A stretch of DNA of 64,000 bases, from NCBI GenBank assembly GCA_964291215.2, contig OZ219790.1, positions 2,048,001 through 2,112,000 of the forward strand. Reading direction: 5' to 3'. Positions 36,207 to 46,659 of this stretch are shown piece after piece. This stretch comes from Alphaproteobacteria bacterium (lineage in GTDB: Bacteria > Pseudomonadota > Alphaproteobacteria > MPNO01 > UBA830). Each line of letters opens with the position of its first letter. Position 1 is the stretch's first letter. Under the pieces are notes generated by a model that saw only the letters and a program-made list of their open reading frames with translations, did not search any database and was not told the origin of the DNA. The position numbers and the translations under genes are program-made.

Positions 36207-37359
36207 ATGACGCAACGCCAGTACCGCACCCTCTCCAAGCGTATCGTCGACAGTCTTCCCGCCGATGGCAGGGACACCGTCTACTAGGACCGCGAGCTGC
36301 CCGGTTTCGGCCTGCGCGTCTACGCGAGCGGCAAGAAGGTCTTCGTCGTCCAGACGCGAGCCTTCGGCCGTTCCAGACGCGTGACCCTCGGCGAGCACGG
36401 CAACCCGCTCTCCGCCGACCCGCAAGGAGGCCGCCGAGGTCATCGTCCGCATCAAGACGGGGCAGCCCCCGCAGGACCCGGCCAACGATCCCACCGTCGC
36501 CGACCTCGCGGACCGCTACTTCCGCGAACATGTCGAGATGCACTGCAAGCCGGCCACCGTCTCCCGCTACCGGATCACGCTGCGCAAGCACATCGTGCCC
36601 GCCCTCGGCGGGCGTCTCGTCGCCGAGGTCGGGCACAAGGACATCCTGCGCTTCCACGACGCGCTGCATCACAGCCCCAGTGTCGCCAACCGGGCGGCCG
36701 ACATTCTGGTCAAGATGTTCAATCTGGCCGACGCGTGGGGCTGGTGTCCCTCGGGGCGCAACCCGGCCCGGAGCGTGCCCCGTTTCAGGGTCGAGAAGCA
36801 CGAGCGCTTCCTCACCCGCGAGGAACTCTCCCGGCGAGGCGCTCAGGGCCGCGCCCGCCGGGCGTCCCCCCATGCGGCGGCCGCCATCTATCTTCTCGTG
36901 CTGACCGGCTGCCGGCGCAACGAGATCCTCGGCCTGCGGTAGGACGACCTCAACTTCGACACCGGCGAGATACGGCTGCGCGACTCCAAGACCGGCGCGC
37001 GGATGGCGCCGATGCCGGCAAGGGTGGCCGCGGTGTTCGCCGGCCTGCCCCGCACGCCCGGCAATCCCTGGGTCTTCCCCGGCAGGAAGAAGGGCGCGCA
37101 CCTGGTCAACCTCAACGACTCCTGGGGCCGCATCCGCAAGGACGCGGGTCTCGAAGGCATCCGCCTGCACGACTTGCGCCACACCTTCGCTTCCAGGGTG
37201 CTCGCGCTGGGCGAGGGCCTGGCGATGATCGGCGACCTGCTCGGCCACCGCAAGGTGAGCGCCACCGCGCGTTACCTCGCGCGGGACTCGGTGCGGGTGT
37301 CCTCGGCCCGGATCGCCGCCGACATCGGCGCCAGGATCATGGCGCCGGACGGCCGCTAG
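36207..37359 (+). pseudogene. Tyrosine integrase with arm-binding domain (Int3), inactivated
   Basis: MTQRQYRTLSKRIVD..VY*DRELPGFGLRV, TGCRRNEI and HDLRH motifs. TAG at 36285 and 36940, plus frameshifts. Confidence 0.88.
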
Positions 37360-37482
37360 CGCGCCCGCGTCAAGGCGTACTCCGGAAGGACACTCCATCG
37401 CGAGATCTGGGACCAGGACGAGGCCATCGCCGCCGAAGCCTTCCGCATCCTCAGCCAGGGCGTCGCGCCCGACGGATACCAG

Positions 37483-38208
37483 ATGGCAGACGAACGCGAA
37501 CACCTCCTCTGGGGCTTCGTCAACATGCTCCACGCCCAGACGCAGCGCCTCGACCGCGCCGCCGACAGGCTCACCCCCGAACTCCAGAACCTCCAGCGCA
37601 CACAGGACGGCTCCGAGATCAGGTCCCTGGAACTGGAACTCACGACCGACCGCGCGCAGAACCTCGGCGACCGACGCGACGCCTTCGAGACCTTGCGCGA
37701 CGAGGCCGCCGAAGCCTACCGCGCAGACACCGGCGACACATGGCGGCCCCGGCGCGGCAGCCACGCCAGCCAGACCGGACATCTGACCTCCGCAGCCATC
37801 GACGCCCGCGACTTCGTCCGCGCCCGAAAGGACCGCAAGACACAGGCTCACCTGCCCCAGGGAACCCTCGTCGCCATCGCCGGCGGAAAGGACATCGCAA
37901 ATCCGGCGGCAGTCATCGAGCGCCTCGACAAGGTCCGCGCCAGGTATGCCGACCTCGTCCTCGTCCATGGCGGCGGCCCCGGCGTCGAGAAGATCGCCGC
38001 AAGCTGGGCCGAGCGCAACGGCGTCCACCAGGTCGTCTGCAAGCCCGACTGGGACCGCCACGGTCGCGCCGCCCCCTTCCGCCGCAACGACGAACTGCTC
38101 AACCTCCTGCCGAAGGGCGTCATCGCCTTCCCCGGCTCCGGCATCACCGACAACCTCGTCGACAAGGCCCGCAGCCTCGGCATCCCGGTCATGCGCTGCC
38201 CCGCCTGA
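37483..38208 (+). CDS. DUF2493 (SLOG/YspA-like) domain protein; N-terminus probably eroded
   Basis: LLWGFVN, VAIAGG, LVHGGG, WAERNGV and AAPFRRN motifs. Confidence 0.8.
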   Translation: MADEREHLLWGFVNMLHAQTQRLDRAADRLTPELQNLQRTQDGSEIRSLELELTTDRAQNLGDRRDAFETLRDEAAEAYRADTGDTWRPRRGSHASQTGHLTSAAIDARDFVRARKDRKTQAHLPQGTLVAIAGGKDIANPAAVIERLDKVRARYADLVLVHGGGPGVEKIAASWAERNGVHQVVCKPDWDRHGRAAPFRRNDELLNLLPKGVIAFPGSGITDNLVDKARSLGIPVMRCPA

Positions 38209-38581
38209 CACGCAGCACCCACGGGCCGCGTCGTCTCCGCTCCGGCGGCGGCGCGGTCCGTCTCCATAGGCGCACACCCGTCACGCGGCAGCTACGCCTC
38301 GCGCGCGCTTCGCGCCGCGTTCGTGCGGAGCCTGCCCCGGACTGCGATCCGGGGCTGCCGCATCACGCGCCGCTGCACCATGCTGCGCATGGGTGCATCG
38401 CGGGCTGCGCCGAGCCCGGCGCAGTGCCGCCGGCACTGCTAACCCGCCCAATGCCGGCGCTGCTGCCGGACCAGCACGACACCGTGCTTCGCACCGCTGC
38501 CCGCAGTCGTGCAGGCGCCGCCGTCGGCGCCTCCGATCGCAACGGCTATCGCAACCGTCACCGCACCCGCGCGGCCGACGC

Positions 38582-38830
38582 CGCGGTAACGGGTGCGCCA
38601 TCCCCGTCTGCGTCTGCGGTAATGTGTGAGCAGCACGCAATCACCCTGAACAGCCCCGCTTTCGTCGAGCACGCCTGTATCGCGGTAACATGTGCGCGGC
38701 GTCCTTCGGCTCCGCGGAACATGTGCGGCGGCGCCCGTGCCGCCGAGGTAACGCCGCCGGCTCCGGTGCGCCATGTGTGAAGACTGCCCTCCGCCGTTTG
38801 CACGCCGCGCCGCGTTCTGTTACCTCTGCG
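38582..38830. repeat. Phased GCGGTAAC(ATGTG) motif array
   Basis: GG(T)AA cores at 38585, 38618, 38684, 38716 and 38747, plus an inverted copy near 38820. Confidence 0.55.
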
Positions 38831-39199
38831 ACCGGACGACAACGCGGAACGCGCCCGAAGATCGCGGACCGGTCGTCTCGCTCAATCGCCGCGACGGCTC
38901 CCGTCCCTTGTGACGCCGGCGTTTCAGGCGATGGTGGTGTGCAGGGCAACCTCGCCCGATCTCGACTCCGTTCGGAGTTTTACCGTCACACCCGACGCAT
39001 CCTTGATGCAGGCGTTGCCATGGCTGCCCGTGTCCGCTGTTGGCTGCCCATGCCGCGGGCAGGCGCAGGTCTGTCCACCCCTGTCACGCCGGGAAAGGTC
39101 GCACCGAATTGGTAGCTCCCGTGTTTGCTGCAAACACATGCGCGATATCAGGAGGTTGGGCGCCGCCCCGCCGCACTCCGTCGGACATGGAGGCCCTAG

Positions 39200-41373
39200 C
39201 CCTGCCGTGTAGACATAAATCTACCAAGCAATGGTTTTGGCGATGCCCGCCGCGCCTACCATGTTGGCGGGATTTTGGGCACGGTCTGGCTGTTGTCGCC
39301 GGCTTGAGCAGCCAGCGCGGGTGCAGCGGCTCGGGTAGCAAAAGACCCACTGGACAACTCCGGCGCGAAGAGTCGCGGCATGGCACAGTCACAGATCCAG
39401 TCCACGCGCGGCGGAGCCCCGGATTGCCGCGATTCTGGCGCGGGAGCGGTTTGGCAGCCGCCACGCGCCGCCGTCTGTGCGAGGATTCAGGGACCGGCGG
39501 GGCCGTTTGCAGCTTGCCGGTTGTCTGAAGGCTTTGCGGGCTCTGGAGGCGCGCTCGGAAGTGATTGTCCTTCCACCGCCGCGGCGGTGCGGCCGTCGCT
39601 TCTGGGGACGCCGATAGCGCCTGCGGAGGGAGTTCCGGACCGGCTTTCGGAGGTTTGAGATTGCGGCGGTGGACACGCGCGCCGGCCGCCGGGTGTGGAA
39701 CACGCTGATGGCATACGAGCATCCGCGTGACGACGTTTGCCGGCTGCGCTATCTCGTTGGCTCCGAGCATGGTCTTTTGGGCGCCGCGGGGTTTTCTGCC
39801 GCTGCGGTTGTCGGCGCGCGACCGGGGGTGGGACGAAGCGCAGCGGCGGGACAATCTTGACCGGGTTCTGAGCCGTTTCCTGATCCGGCCGGGTGTTGCC
39901 AACCTTGCCAGCCATGTGCTGGGGCGTGTTCTGCGGCGGGGGACTTCGAGGCGCGTTACGGTTTTCAGCCGTGGCTTGTCGAGACGTTTCTCGAGGATCA
40001 GGGGGCGTGCCTGCGTGCGGCGAACTTCTTGGCGCGACGGCGGGGCGCGGCCGTCAGGATCGCGAGAACCGCGGCCGGTGAATTCATGTACGCGGCGGCG
40101 TCTGGGGGTTCCGGAGGCGGCGCTCGATCCGGGCGAGGGGCTTGGCGTGTGGGCGGTGAACGAGTTTGGAGGTGCGCAGTTGGGCGACAAGCGGTTGACG
40201 GCTGGTCAAGAGTGCGACGCTGGCGTATCCAGGGCGCGCGCAATGTCGAGAGCGACGAGGCTGCGGTGAACGGTTTCTACCGACTGATCGAGCATCCTGC
40301 GGACGTGACGGTCGAGAACATCCTCGCGCCGCGAGCGCACGGGCATGCGCGGACAGTCGACGGTGCTCGCGATGGCACCGATCTGAACTTCACGCGTCGT
40401 CCGTACACCGATGGCCTGCAGATCATCGGCAAGAACCAAACCGGCGCCCTGGGATTGCACCTGACGCTTGCGGTGAACGGGCTGCCGCGTGCTGCGCCTC
40501 GGTCACCGCACGTGCAAGACCCGGCGCTTGAGGACACGCTCCGGGCGACGCGCGCGCTGACGCGGGTGATCGCGGTGTGCGAGGCCGACTGTCTGTTCGA
40601 TGCCCAGCGCCGGGGGTCGAACTGCTGGTGCGGACGACCGCTGCCTGGCCGGCGAACGGAAGCTGTTCGCGACCGTCAGCCCCGCCGCGAGCCGGGTCGA
40701 GCGCCTCGGCGAGCGCAGGAAGTCGAGCAAGGTCAAGCCGCGCGCGCAAAGCGAGTTGCGCTTTTGCAAGGCCACCCTGCCGGCCACTGTCAAGAAGCCG
40801 GTCTCGGCCGTCCACCTCATCGAGCGCAACCCGCCCGGCAACGAGGACCCGATCCAGTGGTTCCTGCTCGCCACCGTCGACCACGCCGCAACCGCCGCCG
40901 AGATGATCGGATATTACCTCCAAAGGCGTCGAGGACTTCTTCAGAGTCCTCAAGTCCGGCTGCCGAACCGAGTTCCTCATGTTCCGCACCGCCTGCAACG
41001 CGCCATCACCATCAACGCCGTCATCGCCTGGCGCATCATGGTCATGACCCTGCGGCAGGTCCCCGAGTGCGAGCCCGAACTGCTGTTCACCGATCACGAA
41101 CTCAGCTTCCTGCGTCACTACGCCCTCAACAGCCGGCTCGATGCTCCCGACACGCTCGGGAACGCCGTCCGCCTCGTCGCCCATCTCGGCGGATACCGCG
41201 GGCGAACGCCCGACCCCGGAAACCAGATCATGTGGCAGGGCTACGGAACCCTCACGAAAGCCACCATCGGCCACAGAATCGGACACCAATTCGGCTTCGA
41301 GGACGGCAAGCGATACATGCTCGAACAGGTGCAAAAACATGTTGGGTAGCAAACTTGTGGCTACACGGCAGCC
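39200..41373 (+). mobile_element. IS4/DUF4338 element (related family), eroded
   Basis: CTAG TSD (39196, 41374). TIR CTGCCGTGTAG. LSRFLIRP, WAVNEFGGAQLGDKRL, DGTDLNF and LGGYRG motifs. Confidence 0.82.
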
Positions 41374-41604
41374 CTAGCCTGCCCCCGCTGGATATGGACT
41401 TGCTCCTGCGGAACTACCAGTCTGGTATCGCCCTCGCATACGCTGCACCATGACAGCTACCGGTCCGGTAGCTGTCCGAAGGCCGCGTTCGCCCGCGACT
41501 TCGGTCCGTCACACCGAACGACCGGGGGCGGCGCGGCTCCGGGGATCTGAAAGAACCGGAACCGGAACTCTTCCGAATCCATACGCAAGAACGGACAAAA
41601 CCGC

Positions 41605-41943
41605 ATGACATCGTCACTCCAGAAGAACATCCGGGTCACCGCAGACCAATGGAAGCGTATCGAAACGGCGGCAAGGGAGCGGCAGGTTTCGCCCAATCGG
41701 CTCGTCGTCGAGCTCGCCATCGAAGCCCTCGACCGGCGCGAATGGCCCGATACCGAGGCTGAAATCAAGGTGGCCCGGGCCTCGCTGTTCGCCGCCCAGG
41801 CCATCGCCCGGAACCTCATTGCCGACGGACGCCAGGCCGAAGTAGAGGAAATCCGGGAGTTCATCTCGACGATCGTGCCGGACCCCGATGCAGAAAGGCC
41901 TGCCGATGGCGTTCTCACCGCTCCGTCCACTCACGCGGACTGA
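41605..41943 (+). CDS. Small putative ribbon-helix-helix DNA-binding protein
   Basis: Intact 112-aa ORF; KNIRVTADQWKRIETAARER..SPNRLVVELA pattern. Confidence 0.6.
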   Translation: MTSSLQKNIRVTADQWKRIETAARERQVSPNRLVVELAIEALDRREWPDTEAEIKVARASLFAAQAIARNLIADGRQAEVEEIREFISTIVPDPDAERPADGVLTAPSTHAD

Positions 41944-41946
41944 GCA

Positions 41947-41961
41947 GGGGCGAGCAGTTAC
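41947..41961. repeat. Solo IS66 terminal repeat
   Basis: GGGGCGAGCAGTTAC versus GGGGTGAGCAGTTAC in the IS66 copies. Confidence 0.6.
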
Positions 41962-43508
41962 GCTTTGTTCCTCCCAGAGAAAGTTGTGGACGACGAGATT
42001 CCTGTGGGTGCAAGTCCGGTATGGCTATCGTAACCGTTTGATATATTGAGATTTTGCCTTTGTTTCCGGTTCCCGATTACCGGGGTTTGGTGACAATCGG
42101 TGGTTGGAGGGCCGGCATTTGTCACGGTTGCACGATGGCGGGGAGGTTGTGCGGGACCGCTCCGCCCCGCCAGAGGCGGTCAGGATGTTGTGTGCACGTC
42201 ACCCTCGGGAGCGGTCCCATGCCAGTGTCGCAGTCTGCGCAGTCTTCGTCCATCGATCTGTCGGGCTTGCCGGCTGGGGTTCTCGAGGCACTGACGGGGT
42301 TGGCGGCCGTGTGCCGTGCGGCGCTTGCCCCGGAGCCCTGTCCGGCGGCGTTCGAGGAGGTGGAGCGGCGAGTTCGGGAGGGCGTGAACGTGCTGGGCTG
42401 CGCGGTGCTGGGGTCGTGGATCAAGCGCCTCGACTACGGGCCGGGTCGAACAGGCCGGGCAGTAGCGGTTCCGTGTGGCGGCGACGCCGAAGACGATCAT
42501 GAGCACGCTCGGCCCGGTGACCTACAGGCGGGCGCGCTATCGCCACGGCGTGGGCGGCCCCTCGTTCGTGCCGGTGGACGAGAGCCTGGGGCTGGTGAAC
42601 GACTGGCTGATGCGCCCGGCCGCGCGGCTCGGGCTGATGATGATGGGCCATTGCACGGCGCGGGAAGCGGAGGCGTTCTTCTCGGAGATGGGTGCCATGG
42701 CGCCGTCCGCGAGCACGCTGCAACGGCTCGTCCGGACCATGCATGAGCGCTGGGAAGGCCTCGGACCGCAGGCGCTGGAGAGTATCCGCGACAGGGAGGA
42801 CATCCCGCCCGAGGCGGTCAGCGCCCCGGTCTCGCTGGACGGCGTGATGGTGGCGTTGCGCGCCGGCGAGGACGGGCGCGACGAGGCCTGCTGGCGCGAG
42901 GCCGCCTGCGGCACGGTCTCCTTCCACGGCCGGGAAGGCGAACGGCTCAAGACCCTCTATCTCGCCCGTATGCCCGAGAGCGGCAAGCGCACGCTGAAGG
43001 CCCAGCTCGCAAGCGAGGTCGCGCATATCCGCCGCGCGCGCCCCGATATCGCGGTCGTTGCGCTCGCCGACGGCGCCCCCGACAACTGGACCTTCCTGGA
43101 GAGCCTCTCGCCCGAGGCCGTCGACTTCTGGCACGCCTGCGAGCATCTCCGCACAGCCTCCGACCATGCCGTCGATCCCAACTGGTTCGAGACTTGCCGC
43201 CATACCCTGCGACACGACCTGCACGGCAGCGCCAAGGTGATCCGGGCGCTGCGCTACCTGCGCGACAAGGCAGGCGGCAACCACACCGCGCGCACCGCCA
43301 TCAAGCGCGAACTCGCCTTCTTCCGCAAGCACCGCAAGCGCATGCGATACCGCAACCTCAGCGACCGGGGCATCACCATCGGTTCCGGCGTTGTCGAGGC
43401 CGCAAACAAAGTAACCCTCCGAGGTAGGCCGCCTGTCGCATTTCTCCGGGATCGGGGAGGGTACGCGCTCGGAGGTGGGCGCGCGTCGCAGGTGCCCACC
43501 AAGGATAA

Positions 43509-43928
43509 GTGGACACTATGCGGATGTGGGACGCAGCCGAGCATGCAGGCTCCGGGGTCGACGGTCGGGGGCGCCGCCTTCGCCGTCGATGGAGCGAGGC
43601 GCGGAAGCGCCTGATCGTTGCGGAGAGCTACCAGCCCGGGGTTTCGGTTTCGGTCGTGGCGCGCCGACATGACGTGAACGCGAACCTGGTCTTCAAGTGG
43701 CGGCGCCAGTATCGGGAGCTGGCGCGCGTGGTGGGCGGCTTCGTCCCGGTGGTTGTCTCTTCGACGGAAGGGGCGGAGCCGGCGAAGCTGCTGCCGGCGC
43801 CGGAGGCCGAACCGTCTGCCTCCGGACGGATCGAGATTGCGCTGGCGGACGGCTCGCGCGTGACGGTCGACCGGGATGTGGACGCGGCGGCGCTGTCGCG
43901 GGTTCTCGGGGTTCTGGAACGGCGATGA
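43509..43928 (+). CDS. tnpA: IS66 TnpA (HTH)
   Basis: [13 protein letters not shown]...[17 protein letters not shown]. Confidence 0.88.
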   Translation: MDTMRMWDAAEHAGSGVDGRGRRLRRRWSEARKRLIVAESYQPGVSVSVVARRHDVNANLVFKWRRQYRELARVVGGFVPVVVSSTEGAEPAKLLPAPEAEPSASGRIEIALADGSRVTVDRDVDAAALSRVLGVLERR

Positions 43929-44242
43929 TCCCGGTTCCGAGCGGGGCGCGGGTCTGGCTTGCGACGGGCGTGACGGACATGCGTCGCGGGATGAACACGC
44001 TGGCGCTGCAGGTCCAGCAAGGTCTCGGCCGCGATCCGCATGCGGGCGATCTCGTGAAGATCCTCTGGACTGACGGGATCGGGACCTCGCTCTACGCCAA
44101 GCGTCTGGAGCGTGGCCGGTTCCCCTGGCCGGCTGCTTCGGGCGAGGCGGTGTCGATCAGCGCGGCGCAGCTTGGCTATTTGCTGGAAGGGATCGACTGG
44201 CGGAACCCGGTCCGGACCTGGCGGCCGTCGCGGGCCGGCTGA
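43925..44242 (+). CDS. tnpB: IS66 TnpB accessory protein with an in-frame deletion
   Basis: TDMRRGMN and [10 protein letters not shown] motifs; lacks the conserved FxFRGRR segment. Confidence 0.85.
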   Translation: MIPVPSGARVWLATGVTDMRRGMNTLALQVQQGLGRDPHAGDLVKILWTDGIGTSLYAKRLERGRFPWPAASGEAVSISAAQLGYLLEGIDWRNPVRTWRPSRAG

Positions 44243-44313
44243 CAGGCGGCAAATGGACTCATCCGACAGGATTGTCATGGCGGCGGGGCGGTTGTTATGA
44301 TTCGCTTCCGGGC

Positions 44314-45981
44314 ATGCCGGACGGATCGGACATCGACGCTCTGAAGGCGGCGCTGGCTGCGGCGGAAGTCAAGGCGACTGATGCCGAGGCGAAGGCGACC
44401 GAGGCCGAGGAGCGGGCCGCAGTTGCGGAGGCCGAGGCTTCCAACGCCGTGGCGAAGGTGTCGGACGCGGAGGCGCAGATCGCCTCCCTGAAGCTGATGA
44501 TCGAGAAGCTCCGTCACGCGCTCTTCGGCCAGCGATCGGAGCGCAAGCAGCGCCTTCTCGACCAGATGGAGCTCCAGCTCGATGAGCTTGAGGCGAGCGC
44601 CACCGAGGACGAGTTGGCGGCCGAACAGGCGGCTACCGGCACGACGCAGGTCAAGGCGTTCACCCGCCGCCGCCGGTCCGGGCGCAAGCCGTTCCCCGAA
44701 CACCTTCCCCGCGAACGGGTGGTTGTACCCCCACCGGCCGCCTGTGAGTGCTGCGGCTCGCAGAAGCTCTCGAAGATCGGCGAGGACATCACCGAGACGC
44801 TGGAGGTCATTCCGCGCCAGTGGAAGGTGATCCAGACGGTGCGCGAGAAGTTCACCTGCCGGGACTGCGAGAAGATCAGCCAGCCGCCGGCGCCGTTCCA
44901 CCCGACGCCGCGCGGCTGGGCGGGCCCCAACCTGTTGGCGATGATCCTGTTCGAGAAGTATGGGACGCACCAGCCTCTGAACCGCCAGCGCGACCGCTAT
45001 GCGCGCGAGGGCGTCGATCTCAGCCTGTCGACCCTGGCCGACCAGGTGGGCGCCTGCACCGTGGCGCTACGCCCGCTGCACGACCTGATCGCATCGCATG
45101 TGCTGGCGGCCGAGCGTCTGCATGGCGACGACACGCCGGTGCCGGTTCTGGCCAGGGGCAAGACCGACACCGGGCGGGCCTGGGTCTATGTCCGCGACGA
45201 CAGACCGTTCGGCGGTCCGGACCCGCCGGCGGCCCTGTTCCACTACTCGCGGAACCGCTCGGGCGATCACCCGCTCGAGCATTTGCGGAGCTACGCCGGC
45301 ATCCTGCAGGCCGACGCCTTTGCCGGATATAACCGGCTCTACGAGCCCGCCCGATCGCCGGGGCCCGTGACCGAAGCTGCCTGCTTCGCCCATGCGAGGC
45401 GCAAGTTCTACGAGCTCGCCGACATCGCGGCCGGCAAGAGGCGCGGCAGGAACGCGCCGCCGATCTCGCCGCTGGCGATGGAAGCCGTGAAGCGGATCGA
45501 TGCGCTGTTTGACATCGAGCGCGGGATCAACGGCGAGACCGCCGAGCGCCGCCTCGCGGTGCGCCGCGAGCAGAGCGCACCGCTCCTCGCCGACCTCGAG
45601 GACTGGATGCGCACCGAGCGTGCCGGGCTGTCGCGCCATTCCCCCGTGGCCAGGGCCATGGACTATATGCTGAAGCGCTGGGACGGCTTCGCCCGCTTCC
45701 TCGATGACGGACGTATCTGCCTGTCAAACAACGCCGCGGAGCGCGCAATCAGGCCGCTGGCCCTGGGCAGACGCTCCTGGCTGTTCGCCGGCTCCGACCG
45801 CGGCGGCTTGCGCGCGGCCGCCATGTACACCCTGATCGGCACCGCCAAGCTCAACGATGTCGATCCCCAGGCCTGGCTCGCCGACGTGCTCGCCCGCATC
45901 GCCGGGACGCCGCAGAGCCGCCTCCACGAACTCCTGCCATGGAAATGGCAGGAACAACGCCGGCACGATCAGGCCGCATAG
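44314..45981 (+). CDS. tnpC: IS66 transposase TnpC
   Basis: FGQRSER, HGDDTPV, CFAHARRKF and NNAAERAIR motifs; intact. Confidence 0.95.
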   Translation: MPDGSDIDALKAALAAAEVKATDAEAKATEAEERAAVAEAEASNAVAKVSDAEAQIASLKLMIEKLRHALFGQRSERKQRLLDQMELQLDELEASATEDELAAEQAATGTTQVKAFTRRRRSGRKPFPEHLPRERVVVPPPAACECCGSQKLSKIGEDITETLEVIPRQWKVIQTVREKFTCRDCEKISQPPAPFHPTPRGWAGPNLLAMILFEKYGTHQPLNRQRDRYAREGVDLSLSTLADQVGACTVALRPLHDLIASHVLAAERLHGDDTPVPVLARGKTDTGRAWVYVRDDRPFGGPDPPAALFHYSRNRSGDHPLEHLRSYAGILQADAFAGYNRLYEPARSPGPVTEAACFAHARRKFYELADIAAGKRRGRNAPPISPLAMEAVKRIDALFDIERGINGETAERRLAVRREQSAPLLADLEDWMRTERAGLSRHSPVARAMDYMLKRWDGFARFLDDGRICLSNNAAERAIRPLALGRRSWLFAGSDRGGLRAAAMYTLIGTAKLNDVDPQAWLADVLARIAGTPQSRLHELLPWKWQEQRRHDQAA

Positions 45982-46316
45982 CTCGCAACTGCCGCTTCGC
46001 GCTTCATCAACGGCATAACCGCCCCGGGTTCACAGCAACACACCCTGCGGCCCTTGCCGGATGCATACCAAACAAAACCCTCGTCGCACAGAGGATGAAG
46101 CGCTCCGGCATGCGATGGCGCATCGCCGGCGGCCAGGCCGTACTCACCGTACGCGCCCTCATCAAATCCGGACGCTTCGACCGCGCATGGGAAACTCTCA
46201 TGAGCGATGCCGATACCCCGGCCAACGACAACAGCTGTCCCGGCTACGCCCCCAAGCGCGCCGCATAAACCCGATCAGCCCAGCGATCCCGGCGTCGCCA
46301 TGCCAGACTCACGCCC

Positions 46317-46628
46317 ATTCCTGTCGCACCTGAATTTCCTAAGTCGGTCGTCGAACTGGAGCAACTCGCCAGTTGCGTTCGGCACTTTCTTCTTGGTCGA
46401 GGGATCCATCATTCCTGATTCCACACCAAGACCCCCCTCTTTGATACGGGTAATCAGGGCATCAACAATCATGATGACCCCGATCATTTTCAGGGGGCCT
46501 GGTTCGCATCTGCGAACCTGCGACATCAACTCCGAGAAGTTTGCCCTCGGATAGATGCGATCAATACGTCCGTCCTCTCCCGTCTCGGGGAAGTCCAGAA
46601 ATGCACCTACAGTCTGCTCTTGCTGCAC
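46317..46628 (-). pseudogene. HEPN-like protein split by an IS; continues at 41997-41962
   Basis: AAGGAG RBS and GTG start. Rejoined sequence reads KFRCDRN|LVVHNFLWEEQS, an RxxxxH motif. Confidence 0.65.
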
Positions 46629-46659
46629 AGAGCTCTCCTTAGTGAATGCCGGTTTATAT

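Larger units (their letters stand above)
43411..46068 (+). mobile_element. IS66-family element (tnpA-tnpB-tnpC)
   Basis: GTAA.../...ATAC ends. TSD CAAACAAA (43403-43410, 46069-46076). Confidence 0.93.
42006..46316 (+). mobile_element. ISKra4/ISLre2-like (Mutator-type) element interrupted by IS66
   Basis: TIRs GGGTGCAAGTCCGGTATGGC/GGGCGTGAGTCTGGCATGGC. TSD ATTCCTGT (41998-42005, 46317-46324). SLDGVMV, ADGAPDNW, DFWH and RMKRSGMRW motifs. Confidence 0.85.

Noticed and set aside
35947-36210. 87-aa ORF overlapping the Int3 start
   Set aside because: Its position after a promoter is suggestive, but it has no recognisable excisionase or HTH pattern, so it is not called
32637-37359. Three integrases as a RIT-like trio
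   Set aside because: Int3 lies inside the separately bounded 35830-59929 insertion
36025-38780. Long ORFs of 750 aa (-) and 799 aa (+)
   Set aside because: Shadow frames of the GC-rich integrase and DUF2493 genes, with low-complexity translations
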